The notes under the pieces: generated by a model
What the model was told of the DNA's origin: nothing
Database searches by the model: none
Seen by the model: only the letters and a program-made list of their open reading frames with translations
In this document: piece after piece, positions 38,458 to 47,165 of the stretch
Numbering within the stretch: the stretch's first letter is position 1
Layout: each line of letters begins with the position of its first letter
Origin: an uncultured Candidatus Saccharibacteria bacterium
Lineage (GTDB): Bacteria > Patescibacteriota > Minisyncoccia > Ryanbacterales > 2-02-FULL-48-12
Length of the DNA: 64,000 nt
Assembly: GCA_964479945.1 (NCBI GenBank)
Contig: CAYZNS010000004.1
Location: 13,715 to 77,714, forward strand
Direction: 5' to 3'
Made by a program: the position numbers and the translations under genes

Positions 38458-41400
38458 GCTTCTTCACTGCATCCGCCACTATGGAAACCACGCCGTCCCG
38501 CTCGTTCGTTTTTCCTTTTATAAACACGCATGTATCCGGCTGCAGGAGATTGGCATATTTCTCCATGATGCGGGGGAATGCGATTGCCTCGATTTCATCC
38601 GTGAAATCCTGCAGCTTAAGGAACATCATAACCTCGCCTTTCTTGGTGAGGATTTTTTTTGCGTTGGTGATAAGTCCCGCGGTGGTAATAAGCGCCCCGG
38701 GCCGGAATGATTTTATGGTAGCTATTTTAGAACACGCTTTTGGGATTTTTGCACGGTAGTCGTCCAACGGATGTCCGGAGACATACAAACCTAGCAGTTC
38801 TTTCTCCCATGTAAGGCGCTCCATCGCGGTCGCAGGTACGGTCGTGTGCAGGCGAAGCGTCAAAGCGTTTGAATCGGGCAAGTCGCCAAACAGGGAAGTT
38901 TGGTTCCGTTCCCGCGTACGCGCGGCCTCGCGGTTGTATTCCAAAATGGCGTCTATGTTTTGCAGTACCTGATTTCGTTCTATCAAATCATCCAGCGTGC
39001 CGGACTTTACGAGCGCTTCCAGGGATTTCTTGTTAAGCTCGCGCGAGGGCATGCGATGCAGCAGATCGTCCAGCGAACCGAATAGTCCGCGCGCGGTACG
39101 CTCCGCAAGAATGGCTTCCACCGTATTGGAGCCCAAGTTTTTTATGGTATAGAGTCCGAAGCGTATGTTATCTGTCTCTCCTTTTATAATGGTAAAGTTT
39201 TTCTGCGAGGTGTTAATATCGGGCGGCAGCACGGGGATTCGCATGCGGCTGCATTCGGCGATTATTTCGGCAATTTTTTCTACGTCGCCCGCTTCCGCGG
39301 TAAGCACCGCGCACATATATTCGGCCGGATAATTTGCTTTCATGTATGCCGTCTGATACGCCACGCGCCCGTAGCAGGCCGCGTGCGCTTTATTGAAGCC
39401 ATACCCTTGGAACGGTTCAAACAATTGCCAGATGTGTTCCGCTTCTTCTTTTGTCATGCCGCTGTGAGTCTGACAGCCCGCGACGAATATTTCATGTTGC
39501 TTGGCCATCTCCGCCGGAATTTTTTTACCGACTGCCTTGCGGAATTTATCTACCGTTTCCCATGTGTAACCGGCAAGTTCCAGCGCTGTGAACAGCAGAT
39601 CATCCTGATACACCAAGATGCCGTAGGATTTTGCCAAAAAGTTTTCCGCCTTCGGATGAAAATAGGTAATGGGTTTACGGCCGTGCTTGCGCGCAATGTA
39701 CTCGGGGATGTTGCTCATGGGCCCCGGCCGGTAGAGCGCCACCATGGCATTTATGTCGTAGATGGTTGTTGGTTTTAATTCTTTGAGATAATTCGTCATC
39801 TGCTCGCCTCCCAACTGGAATAATCCTTCCGTCTCGCCGCGGGCAAGCAGGGCAAATGTCTTTGCGTCATCAAATGGTATTTGTTCTATTTCAATCTCAA
39901 CATTGCGATGCTTGCGGACCAATTGTACGGCATCTTCTAGAATGGCGAGGTTCCGGATGCCCAGGAAATCCAGTTTGGTAAGCCCCACGCCATCTTCTCC
40001 CACGGTGTACATGTCATATTGCGTGATGAGTTTGGTGTTTTCTTTGGGGTCGTATTGAATAGGCACATATTCCGCTAGCGGTTTGGGCGCTATGACCACG
40101 CCCGCCGCATGCACGGATACATGCCGCACGGTTCCTTCCAGTTTTTTTGCCACGTCAAGAATGTGTTTTACTTCCGCGTTGGTATTGTAAAGATTTTGCA
40201 ATTCTGTCTGCATTTCCATGGCGTGGTCAATGGTCATGGGAAACCCTTGCGACCCAAAAGGAACAAGTTTTGCAATAGTGTTTCCCATCTCATACGGTTT
40301 GCCCAATGCGCGGGCTACGTCCCGAATCGCGCCCCGTGCCATCATGGTGCCGAATGTGCCGATTTGCGCGACTTTATCTTCGCCATATTTTTCCTTGGCA
40401 TATGCTATCACTTCCTCACGGCGGTTATCGGCAAAGTCCATATCAATATCAGGCGCGGACGGACGGTAGGGATTCAAAAACCGCTCAAACGGGAGTTGGA
40501 ATTCCAGGGGGTTTACGTTGGTAATGCCGGAAAGGTACGCAACTAAAGATCCAGCCGCGGACCCGCGCACGGTGCTGTAGATGCCATGCTCTCGCGCGAA
40601 CCGTAGAAGATCAGCCACCACCAAAAAATACGGCGCGTAGTTTTTTTGGCGAATAATATCCAGTTCAAATAGCCGGCGTTCTTCCACTTCGGGCAATGCA
40701 TGCAATTTTTGTTCTTTGGCGCCCGCGCGGGTAAGTTCATCCAACATTTGATCTGCAGTCTTATCTGGTTCCAGGGGAAAATCGGGGAAAATAAACGTGC
40801 CAAGCCGCAGCGTTACATTGCATTGTTCGGCAATGCGTTCCGTGTTGGCGACTGCTTCCGGAATATCTTTAAATAATTCCAGCGCTTCTTCGGTTGATAT
40901 AAAATGATACTGCCCGTTGCCGTTGAATAGGGCGGTGTCTGCAACGTCGCTGTTCGTGGAGATTGCTATGAGCGTTTTATGCGCTTCCGTGTCGTCCTGA
41001 TGAAGATAATGGGAATCTTGCGTGGCTGCCAGCGGCACGCCGAGCTTGCGGGACAAATCTATCAGAGCGTTGCGCCATTCCTGAAAGTTTTCCACTTCCG
41101 GATGATGCATTATCTCTATGTAGTAACTGTCTTTGCCGAATATATCTTGGTGCTCGCGGATTATGGTTTCGGCGCGATCAATGGCGCCCGCTTGGATTGT
41201 CCGTGCGAGTTCGCCTGCCATACAGCCGGAAAGCGCTATAAGGCCGTCCGCATGCGCGTGCAGCAGATCTTTGTCCACTCGCGGCTTATAATAGTATCCC
41301 TCCACATGCGCCGCCGTGGTAAGCTTTATGAGATTTTGATACCCCGTATTGTTTTTGGCAAGGACGGTCAGATGATACCGTTTATTGTCAATGCCCGGCT

Positions 41401-41635
41401 CCTTGTCAAAACGCGTGCGGTTCGCAATGTAGAGCTCCACGCCGATGATGGGTTTTATGTCGTTCTTTACGCAGGTACTATAAAACTCGATGATGCCATA
41501 CATGGCGCCGTGATCAGTAAGGCCGATTGCTGGCATACCGTGCTGTTTTGCAAGCGCCACCATGTCCTTAACTTTAGAGAGACCGTCAAGGAGAGAGTAG
41601 TGAGAATGGGTGTGCAGGTGAATAAAAGATGCCAT
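38447..41635 (-). CDS. dnaE: DNA polymerase III alpha subunit
   Basis: HLHTHSHYSLLDG PHP domain, PDIDMDF, YGFNKAHA. Confidence 0.98.
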   Translation of the reverse strand: MASFIHLHTHSHYSLLDGLSKVKDMVALAKQHGMPAIGLTDHGAMYGIIEFYSTCVKNDIKPIIGVELYIANRTRFDKEPGIDNKRYHLTVLAKNNTGYQNLIKLTTAAHVEGYYYKPRVDKDLLHAHADGLIALSGCMAGELARTIQAGAIDRAETIIREHQDIFGKDSYYIEIMHHPEVENFQEWRNALIDLSRKLGVPLAATQDSHYLHQDDTEAHKTLIAISTNSDVADTALFNGNGQYHFISTEEALELFKDIPEAVANTERIAEQCNVTLRLGTFIFPDFPLEPDKTADQMLDELTRAGAKEQKLHALPEVEERRLFELDIIRQKNYAPYFLVVADLLRFAREHGIYSTVRGSAAGSLVAYLSGITNVNPLEFQLPFERFLNPYRPSAPDIDMDFADNRREEVIAYAKEKYGEDKVAQIGTFGTMMARGAIRDVARALGKPYEMGNTIAKLVPFGSQGFPMTIDHAMEMQTELQNLYNTNAEVKHILDVAKKLEGTVRHVSVHAAGVVIAPKPLAEYVPIQYDPKENTKLITQYDMYTVGEDGVGLTKLDFLGIRNLAILEDAVQLVRKHRNVEIEIEQIPFDDAKTFALLARGETEGLFQLGGEQMTNYLKELKPTTIYDINAMVALYRPGPMSNIPEYIARKHGRKPITYFHPKAENFLAKSYGILVYQDDLLFTALELAGYTWETVDKFRKAVGKKIPAEMAKQHEIFVAGCQTHSGMTKEEAEHIWQLFEPFQGYGFNKAHAACYGRVAYQTAYMKANYPAEYMCAVLTAEAGDVEKIAEIIAECSRMRIPVLPPDINTSQKNFTIIKGETDNIRFGLYTIKNLGSNTVEAILAERTARGLFGSLDDLLHRMPSRELNKKSLEALVKSGTLDDLIERNQVLQNIDAILEYNREAARTRERNQTSLFGDLPDSNALTLRLHTTVPATAMERLTWEKELLGLYVSGHPLDDYRAKIPKACSKIATIKSFRPGALITTAGLITNAKKILTKKGEVMMFLKLQDFTDEIEAIAFPRIMEKYANLLQPDTCVFIKGKTNERDGVVSIVADAVKKLEA

Positions 41636-41660
41636 AAGGAAAATTATAGCAGTATTTATG

Positions 41661-41737
41661 CAAATTCAAAGTTAAAACAAATATCCCGCTGAAAGCGGGA
41701 TACCAAAATTTTGCATTTTGATTTTTAAATTTTGAAT
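41661..41737. repeat. Heptamer arms around an ATCCCGC-TGAAA-GCGGGAT hairpin
   Basis: aaattcaaagttaaaa..atcccgctgaaagcgggat..ttttgcattttgatttttaaattttgaa. Confidence 0.75.
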
Positions 41738-42456
41738 TATTTTCTGAACGCCTTCACAATCTTCCCGAAATCGCCGGCGAGAATGTTTTCAATGTTATGC
41801 CAATTTTTTTTGATGCGGTGGTCGGTAATGCGGTCTTGTAGAAAATTATAGGTGCGGATTTTCTCGGAGCGGTCTCCGGTGCCGATTTGTTCTTTGCGCG
41901 CCTGCGCTACGTTGCCGTATTTTTGCTCATGTTCCATGTCGTATAATTTTGCGCGTAGAATGCCAAGTGCTCGCTCGCGGTTTTGCTGTTGCGAACGCTC
42001 GGCCTGGGAGCGGACCACAATACCGGTAGGTTTATGAAGTATACGCACGGCCGTTTCTACTTTGTTCACATTCTGCCCGCCGGCGCCGCCCGCGCGCGAA
42101 AACGTAACTTCAAGCTCATCGGACTTGAGTTCAACTTCGGATGCTTCCACTTCCGGCAATACCGCCACAGAGACGGTGGACGTATGGATGCGCCCGGACT
42201 TTTCGGTTTTGGGAACGCGCTGCACCCGGTGTACGCCGGATTCCTGCCGGTAGTCTTCAAAAGCGTCTTCGCCGCGAATGCTGAAAATAAGCTCGCGGAT
42301 GCCGCCCAAATCGTTTGCCGATTCATCCAGCGCCGCCGCGCGCCAGCCGCGCTGCTGGGCATAGCGGATGTACATATCGGCAAGCGTGCGCGCAAACAGG
42401 GCGGCCTCCAAACCACCTGCCCCTGCGCGGATTTCTATAATGATGGCGTCCCTCAT
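41737..42456 (-). CDS. prfA: Peptide chain release factor 1, N-terminally truncated (239 aa)
   Basis: [15 protein letters not shown] (PxT), GGQNVNK, RTYN; ATG overlaps the rpmE stop (TAATG). Confidence 0.92.
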   Translation of the reverse strand: MRDAIIIEIRAGAGGLEAALFARTLADMYIRYAQQRGWRAAALDESANDLGGIRELIFSIRGEDAFEDYRQESGVHRVQRVPKTEKSGRIHTSTVSVAVLPEVEASEVELKSDELEVTFSRAGGAGGQNVNKVETAVRILHKPTGIVVRSQAERSQQQNRERALGILRAKLYDMEHEQKYGNVAQARKEQIGTGDRSEKIRTYNFLQDRITDHRIKKNWHNIENILAGDFGKIVKAFRK

Positions 42457-42701
42457 TATTTTCTCGTTTTCCCGGCTTTCTTCTTGGGCGCCGCTTTCTT
42501 TGCTTTTGCCACTCGCGCCTTGAATTTCTCTACGCGGCCGGCCGTATCCACCAGCTTTTCCTTGCCGGTGTAGAAAGGGTGGCACGCGCTGCAAATTTCC
42601 ACCGTCATATCTTTTTTGACAGCGCCCGTGCGTATAATATTCCCGCATGCGCAGGTTATTTTTGCATCCGCAAAGTACGTAGGATGAATATCCGTTTTCA
42701 T
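42456..42701 (-). CDS. rpmE: 50S ribosomal protein L31
   Basis: [22 protein letters not shown]. Confidence 0.97.
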   Translation of the reverse strand: MKTDIHPTYFADAKITCACGNIIRTGAVKKDMTVEICSACHPFYTGKEKLVDTAGRVEKFKARVAKAKKAAPKKKAGKTRK

Positions 42702-42732
42702 AGTGGATATACTATACTATAATTAGAACTAT

Positions 42733-43608
42733 ATGCAAGATGTTGATGCTAATAGGTATAAAAGCGGGTTTTCGGTAATAGAGCTTTTAGTGGTTATTGC
42801 GATCATCGGTATATTGTCGAGTATTGTGCTTGTCTCGCTTCGCACTTCGCGCGAAAGCGCGCGCGTGGCAAGTATTATTGAACACGCTTGGTCTTTGCAC
42901 ACCCTGCTGAACGTGAATTGTATCGCGGGATGGGATTTTGAAGGAGTTGCAGGTGTTACCGTGCCGGATGAATGCGGCGGGTATAACGGCACCATAAACG
43001 GCGCTACGGTGTCAACAGACGGCGTTAATAAGGGCGCGGCGCTGGCATTTGACGGTGTGGACGATTATGTTGATCTCGGTGTAATTGATATTGACGCTGA
43101 TGGGCCAGGTGAGGACGGCATGACGATAAGCGCATGGTTCAAAGCGGACGCGTGGACGAACGGCATTTATCACGATGGGCGCATTATTGAAAAATCCTGG
43201 AACCATTACAACAACGGCATATTCTGGATGCTCAGCACAATTGCCGTTGGCAGCGATACCCGCTTGCGGTTCCGTCTGAAAACGGGTGGCGTTACGGACG
43301 TACTCATTGCGGACAGAGGCAACCTGGATCTGGACCGCTGGTACTTTGCGGTTGCTACATACAACGGCAGCGAGATGAAGCTTTATCTAGACGGTCAGCT
43401 CGTCGGCAGTATGGCAAAGACGGGTATCGTTGATAAAGACAGCAATTATCCGGCGTTTATCGGAAACAGTTCCGACTTGGTGCGTCCCTGGTCCGGTCTC
43501 ATTGATGATGTGCGGATATATGCGGAAGCCGCACCCTTGGCCGCTATACAACATTGGTATGCTCGAGGCATAAGGGAACGCATGCTTGCGCGCGCCGGTT
43601 CGCTATGA
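42733..43608 (+). CDS. Type IV prepilin-like protein with LamG/ConA domain
   Basis: GFSVIELLVVIAIIGILSSIV class III signal; FDGVDDYV, WYFAVATY, GLIDDVRIY. Confidence 0.9.
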   Translation: MQDVDANRYKSGFSVIELLVVIAIIGILSSIVLVSLRTSRESARVASIIEHAWSLHTLLNVNCIAGWDFEGVAGVTVPDECGGYNGTINGATVSTDGVNKGAALAFDGVDDYVDLGVIDIDADGPGEDGMTISAWFKADAWTNGIYHDGRIIEKSWNHYNNGIFWMLSTIAVGSDTRLRFRLKTGGVTDVLIADRGNLDLDRWYFAVATYNGSEMKLYLDGQLVGSMAKTGIVDKDSNYPAFIGNSSDLVRPWSGLIDDVRIYAEAAPLAAIQHWYARGIRERMLARAGSL

Positions 43609-43621
43609 TAGTATATATTGT

Positions 43622-44365
43622 ATGGCAGAAACCGCAACTATGAAAGAAATTCTGACTCCTTCTGCGGAGGTAAACCCCGAAATACTTGCTATGTACCATG
43701 CGGGGATGCATTTTGGGTATTCAAAAACGCAGCGGCACCCCGGCATGCGGCCTTATATTTTCGGCACGAAAAACAACATTGAAGTTTTTGATTTGTATAA
43801 AGTCCTGCCAAAGCTTGATGAGACGTTGGAGGGCATACGCGCGTTAGGGGAGCAGGCCAAGATGATGCTCCTTGTCGGCACCAAGGCATCGGCAAAGGAC
43901 GCCGTACGCGCCGCCGCGGAAGATTTAGGGATGCCCTATGTAACGGAGCGGTGGATCGGCGGCACGCTTACGAATTTTAAGGTCATATCGGAACGCGTAC
44001 AATATTGGCAGGAATTAAAGCGCCAGAAAGAAGCGGGAGAGCTTAAAAAATATACCAAGCATGAACAGACCAAGCTTGCGCAGCACATAGAAAGATTGGA
44101 ATATATGTTTAAGGGTCTGGAAGGCATGAAGCGCCTGCCTCATGCATTGGCGGTTATAGATTTAAAGGAAGAAGCGCTGGCTGTACGCGAGGCGCGGCGC
44201 CGTGAAATTCCCGTTGTGGCGCTATCCAATACCGATACGGATCCATCGCTGGCAACGCATATTATTCCCGGCAACGACAATGCAAAGGCAAGCATAACGT
44301 ATGCCCTGAACCGCATGGTAACCGCATATAAAGAAGGGAAAGCGATACAGCCTGCGCTACATTAA
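43622..44365 (+). CDS. rpsB: 30S ribosomal protein S2
   Basis: AGMHFG, ERWIGGTLTNF, IPGND. Confidence 0.97.
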   Translation: MAETATMKEILTPSAEVNPEILAMYHAGMHFGYSKTQRHPGMRPYIFGTKNNIEVFDLYKVLPKLDETLEGIRALGEQAKMMLLVGTKASAKDAVRAAAEDLGMPYVTERWIGGTLTNFKVISERVQYWQELKRQKEAGELKKYTKHEQTKLAQHIERLEYMFKGLEGMKRLPHALAVIDLKEEALAVREARRREIPVVALSNTDTDPSLATHIIPGNDNAKASITYALNRMVTAYKEGKAIQPALH

Positions 44366-44367
44366 TT

Positions 44368-44820
44368 ATGGCAGTAGAAGTATCAGTATTAAAACAATTG
44401 CGCGAGCGGACGGACGCTTCGGTGGGCGCTTGCAAGGATGCGCTGGAGAAGGCGCAAGGGGATATTGACAAAGCGGCAGAATTATTACGCAGCGAAGGCA
44501 GCCGAATTGCCGAGAAAAAATCCGCGCGGGAAACCGGCATCGGCATCGTAGAAGCGTACGTGCACACCACGCAGCGCTTGGGCGCCTTGTTGGAATTGCG
44601 CTCCGAGACGGATTTCGTCGCCCGCAATGCGGAGTTTCAGAAATTGGCGCATAACATTGCCATGCATGTTACCGCCGCTGGTCCGCAAAACGTGGAAGAA
44701 CTGCTTGCCCAACCCTATATCCGCGATGAAAGCAAAACCATTCAGGATGTTGTAAACGAATCCATTGCGCGGTTTGGAGAAAATATACAGATAGCGCGGT
44801 TCAGCCGGTTTGAAATTTAA
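44368..44820 (+). CDS. tsf: Elongation factor Ts (short form)
   Basis: LRERT..CKDAL, SETDFVARN. Confidence 0.96.
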   Translation: MAVEVSVLKQLRERTDASVGACKDALEKAQGDIDKAAELLRSEGSRIAEKKSARETGIGIVEAYVHTTQRLGALLELRSETDFVARNAEFQKLAHNIAMHVTAAGPQNVEELLAQPYIRDESKTIQDVVNESIARFGENIQIARFSRFEI

Positions 44821-44884
44821 ATAAAAAGGGGGGACTCACAACTTGTAATCAGTAACGAGAAAACGCATCCGAAAAATAAAACAT

Positions 44885-45277
44885 ATGCTACTAGGAACTG
44901 CCATCACTATAGCCGCCTTGAGTCTTATGGGAATATGCGTCCTCTACTTGCGGCATGTTCCCGCCGTTGCCCGTATGACGCCGGAAGAGCTTGCCGGCGT
45001 GTTGCAGCGGGAACGGCCCTTGCTTACGCAGGCATTGTATAATGCACGGGGGGTATCAAGGAAAATTTGGCACCAGTATCTGCGCGCAAGAATACTTACA
45101 TTCCTGGTAAGAAAGATTTATCAGGTTCGGATTGTGATATTGCGTACAGAGCAGGCGTTGTTTCGTGCCGCCCGGGGGTTGCGGAAACGTTCACAAACTA
45201 ATCAGCCGCCTTCGGATTATTGGCAGGACATCCACGGCTGGCGTAAAACCGTGCATTGGCGAAAGAAAGAGGAGTGA
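44885..45277 (+). CDS. Membrane-anchored hypothetical protein
   Basis: N-terminal TM followed by basic helical region. Confidence 0.65.
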   Translation: MLLGTAITIAALSLMGICVLYLRHVPAVARMTPEELAGVLQRERPLLTQALYNARGVSRKIWHQYLRARILTFLVRKIYQVRIVILRTEQALFRAARGLRKRSQTNQPPSDYWQDIHGWRKTVHWRKKEE

Positions 45278-45284
45278 TCTGCTC

Positions 45285-45481
45285 GCCACCTTAGCTCAGC
45301 GGCAGAGTCCCGTCTACATTGACTATTGTGGTAAGCCGAAGTAGCTCAGCGGTAGAGCAACTGTTTTGTAAACAGTAGGTCGCGAGTTCGAATCTCGCCT
45401 TCGGCTCATTATTCGGCTTACCACATAATGAATGTTGACGGGATAAAGCATGTGTCCTCGGTTCGAATCCGAGAGGTGGCT
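45285..45481 (+). pseudogene. Interrupted tRNA (Thr-like) split by a 136-nt insert
   Basis: 5' part GCCACCTTAGCTCAGCGGCAGAG (45285-45307); 3' part TAAAGCATGTGTCCTCGGTTCGAATCCGAGAGGTGGCT (45444-45481); acceptor GCCACCT/AGGTGGC pairs perfectly. Confidence 0.8.
45335..45406 (+). tRNA. tRNA-Thr(TGT), nested
   Basis: Acceptor GCCGAAG/CTTCGGC; ACTGT-TT-TGT-AA-ACAGT; GCGAG-TTCGAAT-CTCGC. Confidence 0.95.
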
Positions 45482-45510
45482 CTTCTCATTATTAATTAAT
45501 TTTTAAAAAA

Positions 45511-46026
45511 ATGATCAAAATAGGAGAATCCGCGCCAGACTTTAAGTTGAAAGGATATTTCAACGGCAAGTTCAAAGAATACGCGCTGAAAGATTATAAG
45601 AACAAATGGGTAGTGATATTTTTCTATCCGCTGGATTTTACGTTCGTCTGCCCCACGGAAATTAAGGAGTTTTCGGCAAAGTACGCAAATTTCAAGAAAT
45701 TGAACGCGGAAGTGGTCGGCGTGTCCGTTGACTCGGAACACTCGCACAAGGCATGGGTGGAAGGGCCGCTCGGCAAAATTAATTTTCCGCTGCTGTCGGA
45801 CTTTCACAAACGCATGGCGGAGGATTACGAAGTGCTTATTGAAGATGAAGGCACTGCGTTGCGGGGGACATTCATCATTGATCCATATGGGAAACTGAAG
45901 TACGCAGTACTATCTCATAACGATGTCGGCCGTTCCGTTGACGAGACGCTTCGCGTGCTCGCCGCGCTCCAGACCGGAAAGCTCTGCCCCGTAGAATGGA
46001 AACCCGGGGAGAAGACATTAAACTAA
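45511..46026 (+). CDS. ahpC: 2-Cys peroxiredoxin
   Basis: FYPLDFTFVCPTE; LCPVEW. Confidence 0.95.
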   Translation: MIKIGESAPDFKLKGYFNGKFKEYALKDYKNKWVVIFFYPLDFTFVCPTEIKEFSAKYANFKKLNAEVVGVSVDSEHSHKAWVEGPLGKINFPLLSDFHKRMAEDYEVLIEDEGTALRGTFIIDPYGKLKYAVLSHNDVGRSVDETLRVLAALQTGKLCPVEWKPGEKTLN

Positions 46027-46037
46027 GCAAAGCAGAC

Positions 46038-46728
46038 GCCAGGATTGTGACTAGCCGGGCTTCGCACACGCCCTGCAAGGGCGCTGTGAGTAGCCAGGCT
46101 TGGCACACTCCCCCACCAAAATTTTTGGTGGGGGAGCACATCCGGAAAAAGGTGGACAAAAAATTAAAAGTATGCTAAAAACTATGCAGACAGCAAACTG
46201 CATAGTTTTTTTGAAAGGGGGATTTGAAATGTCTGATCAGGAAAAAATACATGTTGCGTTATGCAATATTGGCAACATACATCTCACTAGAAAGATGGGC
46301 GAAATTATAGTATTTTGCTCCTTTAATAACCATATCAATTTCTATTTTAATGAGTCGGGAGTGCTTGAGGAGATTGAACTTTATAATTCACCTTCGTATC
46401 ATAGAAATATCCTCCAAGCCAGACATGAGTGGACAGGAACGCTTATCGGCGTCCGGTTGGAAGGAGATGAGTTATATCTCTATCCAAATAACGCTGGACT
46501 CGTGAAAGTGAATCTGAGAACTGGTTTCTTATACACAAAGTAACATTGATTGGGAGAGGGTGATATTCTCTCCTTTTTTATTGACATTTTTGATGTGTGC
46601 GTATATCATATTGATATTAATCTATATGTAATTTATTTTTGAAGTTTCTGTATCAATGCATTCTGGATGTGCTCCCCAACCAAAATTTTTGGTGGGGGAG
46701 TGTACCAAGCCGGGCTACTCGCATCGCC
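46038..46728. mobile_element. REP-like core plus about 68-bp inverted repeats flanking a cargo ORF
   Basis: 46080-46149 is an imperfect inverse of 46661-46728; both contain the CTCCCC(C/A)ACCAAAATTTTTGGTGGGGGAG hairpin. Confidence 0.65.
46229..46543 (+). CDS. AT-rich hypothetical protein
   Basis: SD-like AAAGGGGG, ATG 46229; terminator GGAGAG..CTCTCC plus T-run at about 46552-46579. Confidence 0.6.
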   Translation: MSDQEKIHVALCNIGNIHLTRKMGEIIVFCSFNNHINFYFNESGVLEEIELYNSPSYHRNILQARHEWTGTLIGVRLEGDELYLYPNNAGLVKVNLRTGFLYTK

Positions 46729-46749
46729 ATTTAAATTAGCCACATCACT

Positions 46750-47031
46750 ATGCAAAATACTAAAAAAACATGTGCCGGCTGTTTCCGCGTATTGGCGGAT
46801 GCCACGCGTATGGGGATTATTAAGCATTTGCAGGAAGGGGGCGCTCAAAATGTAAGCGCGCTCACGAAGCTTCTGCGCGTCTCGCAGCCGACGGTGTCGC
46901 ACCATCTGCACCGCCTCGCGGATGCCGGGTATGTAACGCGCACGCGCTTAGGAAAGCAAATACGGTATGAGTTTCGGAAAGATTATCCGTGCCGGGGATG
47001 CGGGGTGTTTTCAGCTCCTATACGGAGCTGA
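46750..47031 (+). CDS. ArsR/SmtB-family regulator with N- and C-terminal CxxC
   Basis: FRVLADATR, SQPTVSHHL; CAGC and CRGC. Confidence 0.92.
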   Translation: MQNTKKTCAGCFRVLADATRMGIIKHLQEGGAQNVSALTKLLRVSQPTVSHHLHRLADAGYVTRTRLGKQIRYEFRKDYPCRGCGVFSAPIRS

Positions 47032-47032
47032 C

Positions 47033-47154
47033 AAGTTAAAAGTTAAAAGTGCAAAATGCAAAGTTATGGTATCCCGCTTTCAGCGGGATGATTATATAAA
47101 TCCGTGAGCGAAGCGAACACCAAAATTTTGCACTTTGCACTTTGAATTTTGAAC
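47033..47154. repeat. Heptamer arms flanking two mini-hairpins
   Basis: aagttaaaagttaaaagtgcaaaatgcaaag-ATCCCGCTTTCAGCGGGAT-GTGAGCGAAGCGAACAC-ttttgcactttgcactttgaattttgaa. Confidence 0.85.
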
Positions 47155-47165
47155 TAATATAGCAT

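Noticed and set aside
17282-41635. Inteins or introns in rpoB, rpoC, recA, dnaE
   Set aside because: Lengths are normal or short and no intein-like insertions are seen.
41737-42648. 303-aa RF1 or a frameshift fusion with rpmE
   Set aside because: The extension is an alternative frame of rpmE with no RF1-like sequence; ATG 42456 overlapping the rpmE stop is the simpler start.
45308-45443. Group I/II or archaeal-type tRNA intron
   Set aside because: Too short for a self-splicing intron, and precise removal would not restore the missing anticodon-arm nucleotides.
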